Source: Iphione sp. A-MEVVRFRX5 (lineage: Eukaryota). Taken from it: a stretch of DNA of 64,000 nt. Positions within the stretch are counted from its first letter, which is position 1, and each line of letters begins with the position of its first letter. Positions 48,163-57,918 of the stretch are shown piece by piece. The DNA is taken from positions 84,940,001-85,004,000 of the forward strand of contig OZ320320.1 in NCBI GenBank assembly GCA_976226885.1. The letters run 5' to 3'. The notes beneath the pieces were generated by a model that ran no database searches, was not told the origin of the DNA, and was given only the letters and a program-made list of their open reading frames with translations. The translations under genes and the position numbers were made by a program.

Positions 48163-49246
48163 TATATCTATTGACTGCCGAGAGTTTAGAGGATGGAGTA
48201 CCCAGGTTTACCCTCTGCTTTGGATTTGAATAGATCAGGGGGATCTTTTTTTCTCGGCAGTGAGATGATTCCTTTACGTCCAGAGCTCTGGCGGGGAATT
48301 TGTCGCTGGCTCCAGGTGTGGGGGGACATGCTGAACTGCTGGTTTTGATTAATCCTCCGCATATCCTTTCAAGTCAACTGATGTATATGATAATTAAACG
48401 ATCTTACTCGAAACGTTTCTGAACTGATTACCGCACTGTGGGTAACATTGGTGGTGTACCTGCGCAGCACACCGTAATTACATTTGTCCGTGGAAGTTCG
48501 CTAAGTTTCGCTAGGGGGCGTTTTCCGCCAAGTGCCCGGGAGGAGAACAGAGCAGAACAGATTGATGGTTGTATATACACACACCGGCTTCGGTCCTTCC
48601 TTCCACCGGCTTCTTCAGGAGTTTCAGCGGTTTAACCCTTCATTTCCTCTCCTCGGAGACCAAAACGTTTCCATCTATTCCAATTAAATTCTCATGACTA
48701 TGACTCAAAACTCGTTTTTTTTTCTCATGGAATGTTCATATGGGATATTTTAACTGATCATTAACAAATCCCCATATATAGAACATGAACGTTGGCATGT
48801 GGAAGCCATTATAATCTCAAGGTGCGTTGGCAGCTTCTACTTCGCCTCTCTCTGCAATGCTGATATATGTAGGGTAATATGCACAGAGACACACGAGCAA
48901 TGGCCTACCTGGTATCTGCATGTGATTTACCGATTAGTAAGCACAAAGGTTTACTCGTTATCAGCACCAGCCACTCCATAATGGCGTCCTCACATGCAAT
49001 GTCATAAAGTAATCAAGGACATGACTAGAAGGTCAGGATAATAATGAAATACAGACTTTCAGAATGACATTGAGGCGGCATTCTGCGCGGGAATCTGCAA
49101 GGAAAGCACCACGAAGTTTCTCCTCGTCTAAGAAAAATAATAAAATAGACAAGATTGCGTCATACGTGCACGATTAAAAAATACATCTGTAAGAATCGCA
49201 ATTAAGTTTCATTGGTTGCTCATTAGGTGACCAATTATGTACATTC

Positions 49247-49465
49247 CAGGCCCATAGCCAAGGGGGTATCGGGTACCCCCCCCCCGAGGACCCATTAGTT
49301 CAACCCTCGGAAAAATACATGCAAAATCTAGTGAACAGAAGTGAAAAGGTGAGGAAAATAGAAGAAAATATGTTGATTGGTCACCAGGAGTTCCAACTCT
49401 GTAACCAGGAGTTCCACCTCTGTAATTTCAGATACCCCCCACAAAAGCTCCTGGCTATGGGCCTG
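49247..49465. mobile_element. CAGG...CCTG MITE (opposite orientation to 35048)
   Basis: Perfect 14-bp TIR CAGGCCCATAGCCA / TGGCTATGGGCCTG; flanks cattc / tgttc. Confidence 0.88.
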
Positions 49466-49511
49466 TGTTCCCCATGAAATGAACATTAGGAATGCGGAAA
49501 TTATGTAAGTA

Positions 49512-50029
49512 CAGTCGAATGCCTATTTGCGACCGCATCTATTTCTGACTAAATCTGATTTTATGACTGATTCCCCTTGAAACGGAAATACTTTCTGTAG
49601 TGAATCAATATGCATCGTAATCGATTTCCGACCAAATCGATTTCTGACCAGTATCGGCCTCCAACTACCCATGCTAGGGCCATTTCTATTGTATTTCATT
49701 TTCAATGTCAATTTCTGATTCTTTGAGGTAATTTTTAAAGGGATAATGCCAGAAGTGCGACCTCTGCAGCCTATCCACGGCATAAACCACCACCCCGCTG
49801 AAGATCTACTCAAAGGAATAACAAGCCAAGTACAACCCAACACATCAACCACCACCCCTCAGAAGTAGGTAGGTAAAGAGGGAGAAAAGGAGTGTACTTT
49901 AATGTTTGACCTCCCCACCCCCCACCCACCCACCCATGTATTCTAGATTGATTTCCGATTGTTTTGGCTATTCCGACCAGTTGTGCTCGGACCGGGGGGT
50001 GGGGGTGGTCGCAAATAGGCGTCCGACTG
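49512..50029. mobile_element. Tc1/mariner-type non-autonomous element
   Basis: TA|CAGTCGAATGCCTATTTGCGACC ... GGTCGCAAATAGGCGTCCGACTG|TA (21/23 match). Confidence 0.88.
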
Positions 50030-50674
50030 TACTTTGCCCCTCCCACCACCCACCCACCGCCTTCCCCGCAACCAGTCCTCAGGAGAGGTGTGTTTACATG
50101 ACCCTGCCGCCCTTCTACGCGTTCTCCGCCCCGCCTTTAGTGGGAAAATGTTACCATCGCACACGGCGCCTCTGGTTTTCCATGTGGCCCTGACCGACTG
50201 CATTAGCAGCCAGGAGTGAATGGCACACAAGAGTTGGCTCAGGGACTCCGTGTACGAAGCACTGTCCTCGTACGGGGGGGGGGTGTCGGATGTGGGGGGG
50301 GGGGGCAAGTGACCGTGAAGATAGCGTGGAGTGCAAGCAAGTGTGCACAAAAGCAACCCCCACCACCCACCCCCGTCTCCCTTGGCCGCTTGAAGTCCGC
50401 TTCCCTGGAAGGAATGTCAGGTAACTACGGGAGAAACTGGCAGACAAAGCTGGGAAATAAAATCTTGCCAGAAGAAGACGTATCAACAAACCTTTTGTTG
50501 TTGATACATAAGTATTAAGTTGAAAAAAGACCGTCTTTGTTTGAAATCGGTAAGCGAAGGGCACAGCGTATATAAGGGAGAAGGGGGGGGGGGGGGCGCT
50601 CTCATGGTCGGGGTGGTGGGCTCTGTGTATGTCAGTGACACGTCATGACCTAGACCGACAGTACGAAATGGGTG

Positions 50675-50676
<2 letters not shown>

Positions 50677-50736
<60 letters not shown>
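50677..50736. repeat. (CT)n microsatellite
   Basis: Direct read. Confidence 0.98.
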
Positions 50737-50738
<2 letters not shown>

Positions 50739-51126
50739 ATGAAGCCCTTCTAGCTAACATTTACACATATTATTTTCCGAAACACCCTCTGGCAACCCTC
50801 TGAGGGCAAATAGTACATTGATGCGCTACCATTGTATGGGTGAATAGTGAATTGATGCACAGTTTTAAATTTAAAGAAATTTGAAATGAACTCTAAGCAA
50901 GACAAAATATAAACTGCAGATCTACGTCTGACTCAGAGGTGATTAAGACAATCTACATTTAGTCATTATTCCTACTTTATGATGGCGGCGTAACGGCTAG
51001 ACGCGTTTGAATCGAGGGAGAGAGACTAGCAGTGATTTAAGTGACTTATTGACGCATTTGAAGAATTCTAACCCACCAATCAGTTAGGATTACCCACTCT
51101 GATCCTGTTTTATCTGCTATATCACC

Positions 51127-52583
51127 ATGGGTAGGAGGGATTACCTTCCTGTCAGGGAGAAATTACTGCCGCGAGCATGCAGAAGGAACAACAACGAGGT
51201 GACCGGTGGTCAGAACGGGCCGGTCCATGGTCACTCTCGCGGGTCACCCACGGAGGGACACGGTCAGCAAAACCCACGATCGCACGCTAAGTACCCTTCA
51301 ACTCCAATTGCCCCAAACACCTTCAACAGATTCCAAAATTTGCCTGTGAGTCGGACTGACGCTGAGGATACGGGTAAAGACTTGATGAGTGGCAGTTCCA
51401 ACGCTCAATCAGAAATTACTGACTATATTGCCAGTTTGTCCTCTATCACACATAATATACAAGATCTTGCAGCTAACTATGCATCCATCCATACTGCTGT
51501 TATTGAAATTAAAAAATCACCAACAGATCTTAACTCTAACTACTCTGCTCTCGTTGCTGAAATCTCTAGTCTTAAGAGTGAAGCCACAACTAACAAGAAC
51601 ACGATCAATGAGCTGAAAAGTGAAAACCTAATTCTTAAAAGAACCATCAATGAAATCTCGAATGACAAAATTATTCAAGCAGTAAAAATTCGTAGAAACA
51701 ATCTAGTTCTGTCAGGGGCAGTAAAAACCCATCAGGAAGAACCAGATGTTGAAACCGTCTGTAGATATCTAAGTGCAGTCACTAGTGAATTCCACTCTGA
51801 CATGATCTCATCAATCCACCACCTTGATGCCCCAATGAAAACGACAGAACTACTTACATCGTGGGTTTTTTATTAACCTCTGATCGTGATCTTGTCTTCA
51901 AACGTAGATCTCCTCTGAACAAGAAACATAGTACAGTATGGATCAATGAGGATTTTCCTCCATGCGCTCAGGGTATACACATCAAATTAAAGAAATTAGT
52001 CAAACTGGCTATAGAGAAAGGTCATAAAGCCTCCACGTTTGGACTCTATATTGTAGTTGATGGCAAAAAATTAAGTTTCTCAGACTTACACCTCCTCCCC
52101 CCAGACATTACCACTGAGAAAGCATTCTCCTATGAGACCAGTACACATCTACTGTTTGAACCACTCGGACACCCGCTAGCGCCTGATTACATAACCCCTT
52201 TCGTGCACAAACAGAGGTCCTTCCAATCAGTACAACAGGCCTTGACCTATGACCTGTGTGACCTAGCAGGTAGGGACGATTTGAAATCACAAACAATCAG
52301 CCGAACCAACCCCAAATCATTGACAGAAATTGAGAAATCTGTCACTCCGGCACTTCCTGAATCAACAGACAAAGGTAAACTACTGAAAAACATTCTATTA
52401 AGCAAAATGGCTAGTATCCCTGATCTCTATGAGTCGCTTAAGAAAAATAGTCACAAATCGTTTGTATTTGTTTCGAGGAATCGCTACCTAGGTACTGGCA
52501 CCACTCTAGATGAACAGTTAACCAAGACCATGACATGGCCTGGGAAAAATACTTATGGTTCTATTCTATCTGAAATAGTGTAA
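51127..52583 (+). pseudogene. LINE ORF1: coiled coil + RRM/CTD-like region + NADAR(YbiA)-like C-terminal domain; 1-nt frameshift at ~51830-51833
   Basis: ACCATGG start; coiled-coil heptads; RRNNLVLSG and VWINEDFP as in L1-type ORF1p; C-terminus FQSVQQ...SKM..IPDL..SL...RYLGTG...WPGKNTYGSILSEI. One extra C restores a ~485-aa ORF. Confidence 0.75.
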
Positions 52584-52638
52584 CTATCACTCCTATTGTA
52601 CTTATCCTATCGTAAATATCCTATCCTCTGTCCTTCAG

Positions 52639-53307
52639 ATGGATGGCGTCAATGTCGGAAACACAAAAATACTCATTCTAGCTGATTCCAGAGGGCTCAA
52701 ACTCCAATCTGCGCTGTTGGGGATCAATGATCTATCCCTGGACATCGAAGTTGCTGCCATGCCAGGTGCCAAATTAAACGAACTTATGGATCATATCTAT
52801 GAGGATGATCTCCTGTTCCAGTACAAAATTATAATCGTCTCTGGTGGCATCAACGACTTGATGGACAGAAATGCTGAAAAAACTCACACTTTTCCTCTAC
52901 ATGAAAATGCTGATGAACTATTTAATCGGTTTGCTGCTCTAATGTCCATTCATGTTAACAAGATCAGCAAAATGACTGATCCTCCAAAGATTATCTGGAG
53001 CCAGATTACATCAGTCAATTTTGACAAATACAATGCCTTCAAAGCTAGGGGACAATCGTATGAGGCTTTATCACCTTTTATTCAAGCTGAATTCAATGAA
53101 GCCATCAGGAGAATCAATGATCTGATAGTCAAGGCTAACCAAGTGTATTGTTTTCCAACCCCTTGGACAGAGGCGCCTGTACATAAATACCAGAAGAGAA
53201 TTTACAGATTGTTTTTTAATAAATTATATGATGGGGTACACCCAACTAATGAAACTGCAGCCCATTGGGCCAGAACCATGTACAGGTGCATCATCCGAAA
53301 TCTGTAG
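52639..53307 (+). CDS. SGNH/GDSL hydrolase (esterase) ORF of the LINE, 222 aa
   Basis: All four SGNH blocks present: ILADSRG (S), PGA (G), SGGIND (N), YDGVHP (DxxH). Confidence 0.85.
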   Translation: MDGVNVGNTKILILADSRGLKLQSALLGINDLSLDIEVAAMPGAKLNELMDHIYEDDLLFQYKIIIVSGGINDLMDRNAEKTHTFPLHENADELFNRFAALMSIHVNKISKMTDPPKIIWSQITSVNFDKYNAFKARGQSYEALSPFIQAEFNEAIRRINDLIVKANQVYCFPTPWTEAPVHKYQKRIYRLFFNKLYDGVHPTNETAAHWARTMYRCIIRNL

Positions 53308-53348
53308 ACAATTCTCATTGTCGCTCAATCTAACCTAACCCAGGCCAC

Positions 53349-53704
53349 ATTGATCATTCAATAAGCCTCTCCTCTCCTATCATCTTATTTATCACCCAAT
53401 TTTTCTCTATCAGATCATTGATTATTGAGCTCTATTGTCTGTATTATAATGTACATGCTTAAATTGTATATCTGTTTGTCTATCACTCAGAGCTGTTGAT
53501 CATTCAACTATTTTGATGCTACATCTCGACCTACGATGCTGCTACATTGATCAATCAATGGGCTATGCCTTGTATACATTATGAGATGTAAACTATATGT
53601 TTAACGTGTGCCTAATGCTTGTTGATCAGTCAACTGCTATTTCAACATTTAACATTAATATTCACTCTGGACCGCAACGATGCTACATTGATCAATCAAT
53701 GAGC
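53349..53704 (+). other. Five related short hairpins/palindromes (TTGA-TCAN-TCAA core) in the LINE inter-ORF spacer
   Basis: Cores at 53349-53362, 53495-53508, 53545-53560, 53621-53634 and 53686-53701. Confidence 0.7.
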
Positions 53705-54036
53705 AATTCACCTCTACTGAATAAAGACATTTTGAAACATAATCAATGAACATTTTAAGAAGTCTCTCTCCCTCGCCATCGCGTTCCTATTTGATATAAC
53801 TTATAACTTCTGATTAAATCCGATCAACTTTATCAAACTTGTAAATAGACTTTTCAGTTTCATAATCTTATTCACCATCTTTTAATATTATCTATTTTAT
53901 CGCAAACTGTTTTATATTGTCGATACCACACAGGGATAGTCTGTTGTCTCCTTGCTCTATCATCTGACTTGATTTCTTTTTTCTCCTCATTCTTCAGCAC
54001 CTAATCCTTCATTTGTTGTTTATTCTCACACTAGAA

Positions 54037-56907
54037 ATGACCCATAACACTATCTCCAATGGTAAGGGCCTAATTATAGGCCAACTTAATGTCTGTAGTC
54101 TATTCAACAAATTAGCACATATTGAACTAATTATTCAAACAAATAATATTCATGTTCTCCTAGTCCAAGAATCCTGGTTAAATAATAATATACCCACTGC
54201 CTATCTGAAATTGAAAGGTTACAACTGTGTCAGACAAGACAGGTGTATGAGTACAGATGATTCCATTTCCAATAAAAATGGGGGTGGATTATTCATATAT
54301 TACAAAGATAACTATTCACTTGAGAATAGTGAGTGTCATGAATATTGTATTAACTCAGATGCCGAAATACAAATTTCCACCATAATACCTGGCAAAATGA
54401 AAAAATCCACCTTCATCAATGTTTACAGACCCCCCGCGGGCTCAATCCCAAGGTTTCTCAACTTACTAGATTCAGCCCTGAAGAGTGTCAACCATAACAG
54501 AGATGTGTATATCACTGGTGATGTTAACATTGATATGTCTAATAATCATAACTCCTACTCCAAAAAATTCTTGTGTCTGCTAAATGCTTATGGCATTAAG
54601 AATCATATTAACAAACCAACTAGGGTCTCTGGTAATTCTACCAAAACAATTGACATTATTGCTAGCAACTGTTCTCAGATAGTTGAATCAGGCACGCTCG
54701 ACTGTCACGTATCTGACCATCTGCTTACATTTGTCAGAAAGAAACACCTGAAAGGCAGAGCTGGTATTCAAGCTACCAAGGTTATTAAATTTAGGAAGAT
54801 CAACGATGACATTCTTAATGAGATTTCTGAAGGTCTTTCTAGAGCTAATTGGTATGAATTCTATAATTCCAACAATGTTGATGATGCATGGAACTTATAT
54901 ATGAAGACAACGAATGAAATCATTGATAACATATCCCCAGTTATTACAAGGAAAGTACCAGTAGTCAACAAATCACCATGGATCACTAAGGCCCTACTCA
55001 AAGACATCAGGCTAAAAGATTATTACCTGAAAAAAGCAAAGAAACGTAATGATTTAGACACCAAGAGAATAGCGGCCCACTTAAAAAATCAAGTCAGAAA
55101 GAAGGTTAAATATTATAAGGAATATTACTACAGGAATAGATTGAATAGCATACGCAGAGACAGCAAAGCGTATTGGGCCCTTATGAAAGAACTAAATGGA
55201 CAATCTCAACAGACTAGAGATCGCATTACCCTAAGGAATAATGACTCTGAAATTCCTGAGCAAAATATTCCAGACTACTTCAATAATTACTTCAGCAATA
55301 TAGGCAAGCAACTCAGTAATGAATTCACAAACTCTGTCAATAGCGTTCAATCAAATACTACAACAATTCCTAATAAAACAAATTTTATCATTAATACAGT
55401 CACTCCAGCTGAAGTGGCACGCATCGCTAGTCAGCTAAATAAAGCAAAATCTATTAATGTTGATGGTCAAACACCAAAACTATTCTGGCACTGCTTCTCA
55501 AAAACAATTCACCAATTTACAAGTATATTTAACCTCAGCATTACCACAAAGATAGTCCCGCTCAAGTGGAAAATAGCTAAAGTAATTCCTCTATTTAAGA
55601 AAGGTAACTCTGACAATGTTGATAACTATAGGCCTATATCACTTCTACCAACCCCAGTAAAAATTCTAGAAAAAATTGTGTTTAATCAGTTATACCACTA
55701 CCTCGAAGAAAATGCACTTCTTGTTGAGAATCAATTTGGATTCAGAAAGGCTCGTGGTACTAGGGAAGCAATTTTTCTTGTAGCCAATGACATATATCAT
55801 CAAATTAACAATGGTCTCAACACAAATATCATTTTCATTGATTTACGCAAAGCCTTTGATACTGTAAATCACAATTTACTCCTAACAAAATTAGTAAATC
55901 AGTTCAATTTCTCATCCCAAGCTTCTGAATGGTTCACTGACTATTTAAACCTTAGGAAACAGTTTTGCGTCGTTAATGGAAAACATTCTGGCCAGATGAG
56001 TTGTGACATTGGGGTGCCCCAGGGCTCAACCCTGGGACCCTTGCTCTTCTCCCTTTACATCAATGATCTACCAACCCATGTCTTGTCCAGAATCACACTC
56101 TTTGCTGATGATACTTTGGTTAATGTAAAAGACAAGAGTCTTGATCATCTAAAAGTAAACGCTCAAAAAGCAATAAATCAAATCCATAGTTGGTGTGTAG
56201 ATAATAAGTTAACAATGAATATTACCAAGACAAAAATACTACCAATCCATAAAGATGACACCAATGATATGCACCAGTTTAGTATCAATGAAGAAAAGAT
56301 TGAACTTGTAGATTCATACTGCTATCTTGGTATCATATTTGATCGTGAAATGAAATTTGCTCTTGAGATTGAAAAACTACATAAAATAATGTCCCAAAAA
56401 CTCTATCTGCTCAACAAAATGAAACTATTTTTCAATGTTACAGACCTTATTAGGGTGTATAAGGCCTTTATTCAACTGCATGTTGATTATTCAACTATCT
56501 TCCTTACATGTAATCATAAATCTAAGCTGAGTAAAGTACAGAAACTGCAGAACAGAGCCTTAGCAATATCATATTCTCGAACAAGGGCCTATAAAAATAA
56601 TAAGGTTATGCTCAGTGGCAATGATCTCCATATTTACTTTGGTATGACTGACACTTATGACAGAAGGAATTGGTTCACATTGAATGTTATTCATAAATTA
56701 TTTTTATTAAATATGCTCCCAACTCAAGTGCAGGGTAACACAAGGCAACATGATGCATGTCTATTAAAAATCAGCAAACCAAAATCTGAATTTATAAAAA
56801 ATTCTATCCATTATAATGGCCTAAAGAGATGGAATAATCTAAGCCCCTTTGCTAGGGCTGCTAGTGATATGGAGACCTTCAAGCTTCTCTCAAGGTTTCT
56901 AGTGTGA
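54037..56907 (+). CDS. LINE ORF2, AP endonuclease + reverse transcriptase, 956 aa, intact
   Basis: APE motifs QLNV, QESW, VYRPP, GDVNID, SDH; RT motifs NYRPISLL, QFGFR, DLRKAFDTVNH, GVPQGSTLGPLLF, FADDT, YLG. Confidence 0.97.
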   Translation: MTHNTISNGKGLIIGQLNVCSLFNKLAHIELIIQTNNIHVLLVQESWLNNNIPTAYLKLKGYNCVRQDRCMSTDDSISNKNGGGLFIYYKDNYSLENSECHEYCINSDAEIQISTIIPGKMKKSTFINVYRPPAGSIPRFLNLLDSALKSVNHNRDVYITGDVNIDMSNNHNSYSKKFLCLLNAYGIKNHINKPTRVSGNSTKTIDIIASNCSQIVESGTLDCHVSDHLLTFVRKKHLKGRAGIQATKVIKFRKINDDILNEISEGLSRANWYEFYNSNNVDDAWNLYMKTTNEIIDNISPVITRKVPVVNKSPWITKALLKDIRLKDYYLKKAKKRNDLDTKRIAAHLKNQVRKKVKYYKEYYYRNRLNSIRRDSKAYWALMKELNGQSQQTRDRITLRNNDSEIPEQNIPDYFNNYFSNIGKQLSNEFTNSVNSVQSNTTTIPNKTNFIINTVTPAEVARIASQLNKAKSINVDGQTPKLFWHCFSKTIHQFTSIFNLSITTKIVPLKWKIAKVIPLFKKGNSDNVDNYRPISLLPTPVKILEKIVFNQLYHYLEENALLVENQFGFRKARGTREAIFLVANDIYHQINNGLNTNIIFIDLRKAFDTVNHNLLLTKLVNQFNFSSQASEWFTDYLNLRKQFCVVNGKHSGQMSCDIGVPQGSTLGPLLFSLYINDLPTHVLSRITLFADDTLVNVKDKSLDHLKVNAQKAINQIHSWCVDNKLTMNITKTKILPIHKDDTNDMHQFSINEEKIELVDSYCYLGIIFDREMKFALEIEKLHKIMSQKLYLLNKMKLFFNVTDLIRVYKAFIQLHVDYSTIFLTCNHKSKLSKVQKLQNRALAISYSRTRAYKNNKVMLSGNDLHIYFGMTDTYDRRNWFTLNVIHKLFLLNMLPTQVQGNTRQHDACLLKISKPKSEFIKNSIHYNGLKRWNNLSPFARAASDMETFKLLSRFLV

Positions 56908-57127
56908 ATATACACTACACATGTGCTAACTCTCACTCATGCACAACTACTGCTTACTAACCATTAACCCTTCTAACACTGTATAGTTATCACAATATAT
57001 AAATACTGCCCTGTGTGGATCTAATTCTTGTCAATCTATTCTTGTCGCTGCTTAACATGTACTCTTACTGCTGTATTCATTGTACTATGATAAGTATGAC
57101 TATCTATAACCCAGGCAAGATGATGTA

Positions 57128-57172
57128 CATCCATACCTTTAAAAACGCCTCATTGAGGCGAGCTGTTGGATG
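57128..57172 (+). other. 3'-terminal stem-loop of the LINE RNA
   Basis: CGCCTC-ATT-GAGGCG (57146-57160) nested in CATCCA/TGGATG, just before AATAAA. Confidence 0.65.
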
Positions 57173-57615
57173 GTGAATAAATTATTCTTATTCTTATTAT
57201 TATTATTATTATTCTACTCTATTCAGAAAATATTCCGGAAATAAGTATTGGATGTCTATCTAATGTCATTTTATGGGTAACCTTCTTAGGTTCTGGACGA
57301 CCTTCTTGTCCGACAGAACATCGACAAGTGATTAAAAACAACCTTGAAACCTGGAACTTGAAACATGCTCGCTCACAGATCACACTCGCATTCAGCCCTG
57401 TGCCATGTGTATAAATATAAGTACGTCATCTTCAAAGAGTTAAATGACTTGCATATCTTGGATGGGTGTACATGGTTTGATAACTTAACCCTGTTAAAGA
57501 AGGGTGCACAGAAGTGTGACCGTTTTCTCCTTCCACTTGACACCAGCTAGGGTGTGCCCATATCCCCGGGTCTGCGGTGGTGACTTCAACTTTGGAAGGG
57601 TCCCTGCCAGCTCCA

Positions 57616-57616
<1 letters not shown>

Positions 57617-57651
<35 letters not shown>

Positions 57652-57814
57652 GCTGCTATTGCTACGACTACTGCTATTACTACTTCTACTACTTCTAATT
57701 CTACTACTACTTTTGCTTCTACTACTACTACTGCTACTGCTACTACTACTACTACTACTATGTCTACTATTACTACTTCTATTACTACTTCTATTTCTAC
57801 TACTAATGCTATTG

Positions 57815-57857
<43 letters not shown>

Positions 57858-57918
57858 TATTGCTTCTACTACTACTACTTCTGCAACCACTTCTGCTACT
57901 ACTACCCCTATTGCTACT
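57617..57918 (+). repeat. Imperfect (ACT)n microsatellite; smaller tracts at ~58370-58430 and ~58940-59060
   Basis: Direct read. Confidence 0.95.

Larger units (their letters stand above)
50981..57213 (+). mobile_element. Full-length CR1/L2-like non-LTR retrotransposon with three ORFs (5' boundary approximate)
   Basis: ORF1, SGNH ORF, intact APE-RT ORF2, 3' stem-loop, AATAAA and (ATT)n tail. Confidence 0.9.

Noticed and set aside
50030-50420. GC-rich coding-like patch upstream of the LINE
   Set aside because: Frames broken by stops and G runs; no recognisable domain
50965-50980. Possible degenerate TSD of the full-length LINE (attattcctactttat vs attattctactctat at ~57208-57222)
   Set aside because: Low-complexity, overlaps the ATT tail and is imperfect; CR1-like elements often lack TSDs
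51864-51871. G_GUU_UUU slippery-like site as a programmed ORF1 frameshift
   Set aside because: The downstream frame already gives a better ORF1-like sequence (YIVGF) upstream of this site, so a 1-nt loss at 51830-51833 is the simpler explanation
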